Shown here piece by piece: positions 43,160-43,663 of a DNA stretch of 43,663 bases. A model generated the notes under the pieces. It made no database searches. It had not been told where the DNA came from and saw nothing but the letters and a program-made list of their open reading frames with translations. Source of the DNA: Candidatus Hecatellales archaeon B24 (lineage in GTDB: Archaea; Thermoproteota; Bathyarchaeia; Hecatellales; Hecatellaceae); contig LUCC01000001.1 in the NCBI GenBank assembly GCA_001593855.1, positions 1 to 43,663 on the forward strand, written 5' to 3'. Numbering within the stretch: the stretch's first letter is position 1; every line of letters starts with the position of its first letter. The position numbers and the translations under genes were made by a program.

Positions 43160-43663
43160 CTTTGCTTCTTTATTTTGAGCCAGTATTCGCGGTTTAGGAT
43201 GCAGCCTGGGTCTGGGGCTAAAACGTCGCCGTAGTATCCGTAGGCTCTGGCTCTGCATCCTCCACAGGTGTACTTGTATTCGCAGGAGCCGCAGTTCTCC
43301 TTGAGGATGTCCTTATTCCGCAGGGCTTCTAGGAGCGGATGGTTTCTCCAGAGTTTTTCAAAGTCGTCGGTCAGAATGTTTCCAAGCTTCACGTTTTCAT
43401 CGTGGGGGAAGAAGACGCAGGGGTAGATGTCGCCGTTGGGCTCTATGGAAATGTAGAAGCGTCCTGCTCCGCAGCCTCCGATGAAGTCTGCCAGCTGCTT
43501 AAGCTGGCCTGTAAGCTTGGGATTATAGAAGTGGGTGGGAATTATGGCTTCCCCTTCAGCCTTGAGCTCTCCAACCTGCATTATACGGCTTATCTCAGGG
43601 GTGGAGTTCAGCCTCTCCCAGATTTTTCCCTCCTCTACCTCCTGGGCTATCCGGGCGAAGTAG
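43156..43663 (-). CDS. Radical SAM protein, C-terminal SPASM domain (5' end outside the window)
   Basis: [23 protein letters not shown] and [18 protein letters not shown] are SPASM/twitch cluster motifs. The frame stays open upstream of the track ATG (43581) to the window edge. Confidence 0.75.
   Translation of the reverse strand, partial: YFARIAQEVEEGKIWERLNSTPEISRIMQVGELKAEGEAIIPTHFYNPKLTGQLKQLADFIGGCGAGRFYISIEPNGDIYPCVFFPHDENVKLGNILTDDFEKLWRNHPLLEALRNKDILKENCGSCEYKYTCGGCRARAYGYYGDVLAPDPGCILNREYWLKIKKQS

Noticed and set aside
1-43663. Search for tRNA, rRNA, SRP RNA, RNase P RNA, CRISPR repeats and transposases
   Set aside because: Inspection of the intergenic regions by eye found no T-loop-like GGTTCRAATCC motifs, regularly spaced direct repeats or IS-like inverted repeats. 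Covariance-model scans (tRNAscan-SE, Rfam) would be needed to exclude small RNAs formally.

Overview
Very gene-dense archaeal chromosomal fragment made up mostly of housekeeping genes. Information-processing genes: Orc1/Cdc6 with an adjacent ORB-containing replication origin (4483-4937), DNA polymerase D large subunit (DP2), Hef helicase-nuclease, Elf1, SRP54, aIF5A next to deoxyhypusine synthase, ribosomal protein eS25, Nob1 and TrmI. Metabolic genes: a four-subunit 2-oxoacid:ferredoxin oxidoreductase (gamma-delta-alpha-beta), PdxS/PdxT, NadE, NAD kinase, Tmk, PyrF, an aspartate aminotransferase, IMPase, archaeal PPAT and endonuclease III. PolD, Elf1, eS25, an ESCRT-III-like protein, full-length Hef and POR together suggest an anaerobic, non-crenarchaeal TACK-type archaeon; this is inference only. 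I recognised no rRNA, tRNA, CRISPR array, transposase or integrase. The most unusual stretch is 2440-4937. It holds a visibly low-GC ORF, a 330-bp array of perfect GTGAYRTCAC palindromes in three clusters, and a membrane-anchored coiled-coil winged-helix protein whose start codon lies inside the array. A second small winged-helix protein follows, then oriC. I propose this as a candidate origin-proximal DNA-binding, tethering or partition module that I cannot assign to a known system. Other observations: a 5-formyl-THF cyclo-ligase-like gene is frameshifted at a homopolymer. A 239-aa protein is built from two copies of an unknown domain. A lysine-rich 19-codon micro-ORF sits in a polypurine tract. 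Seven of 13 convergent gene pairs share overlapping stop codons. Many ORF-track starts are TTG or GTG, so 5' ends are uncertain. All functional calls come from motif recognition by eye, not database searches.
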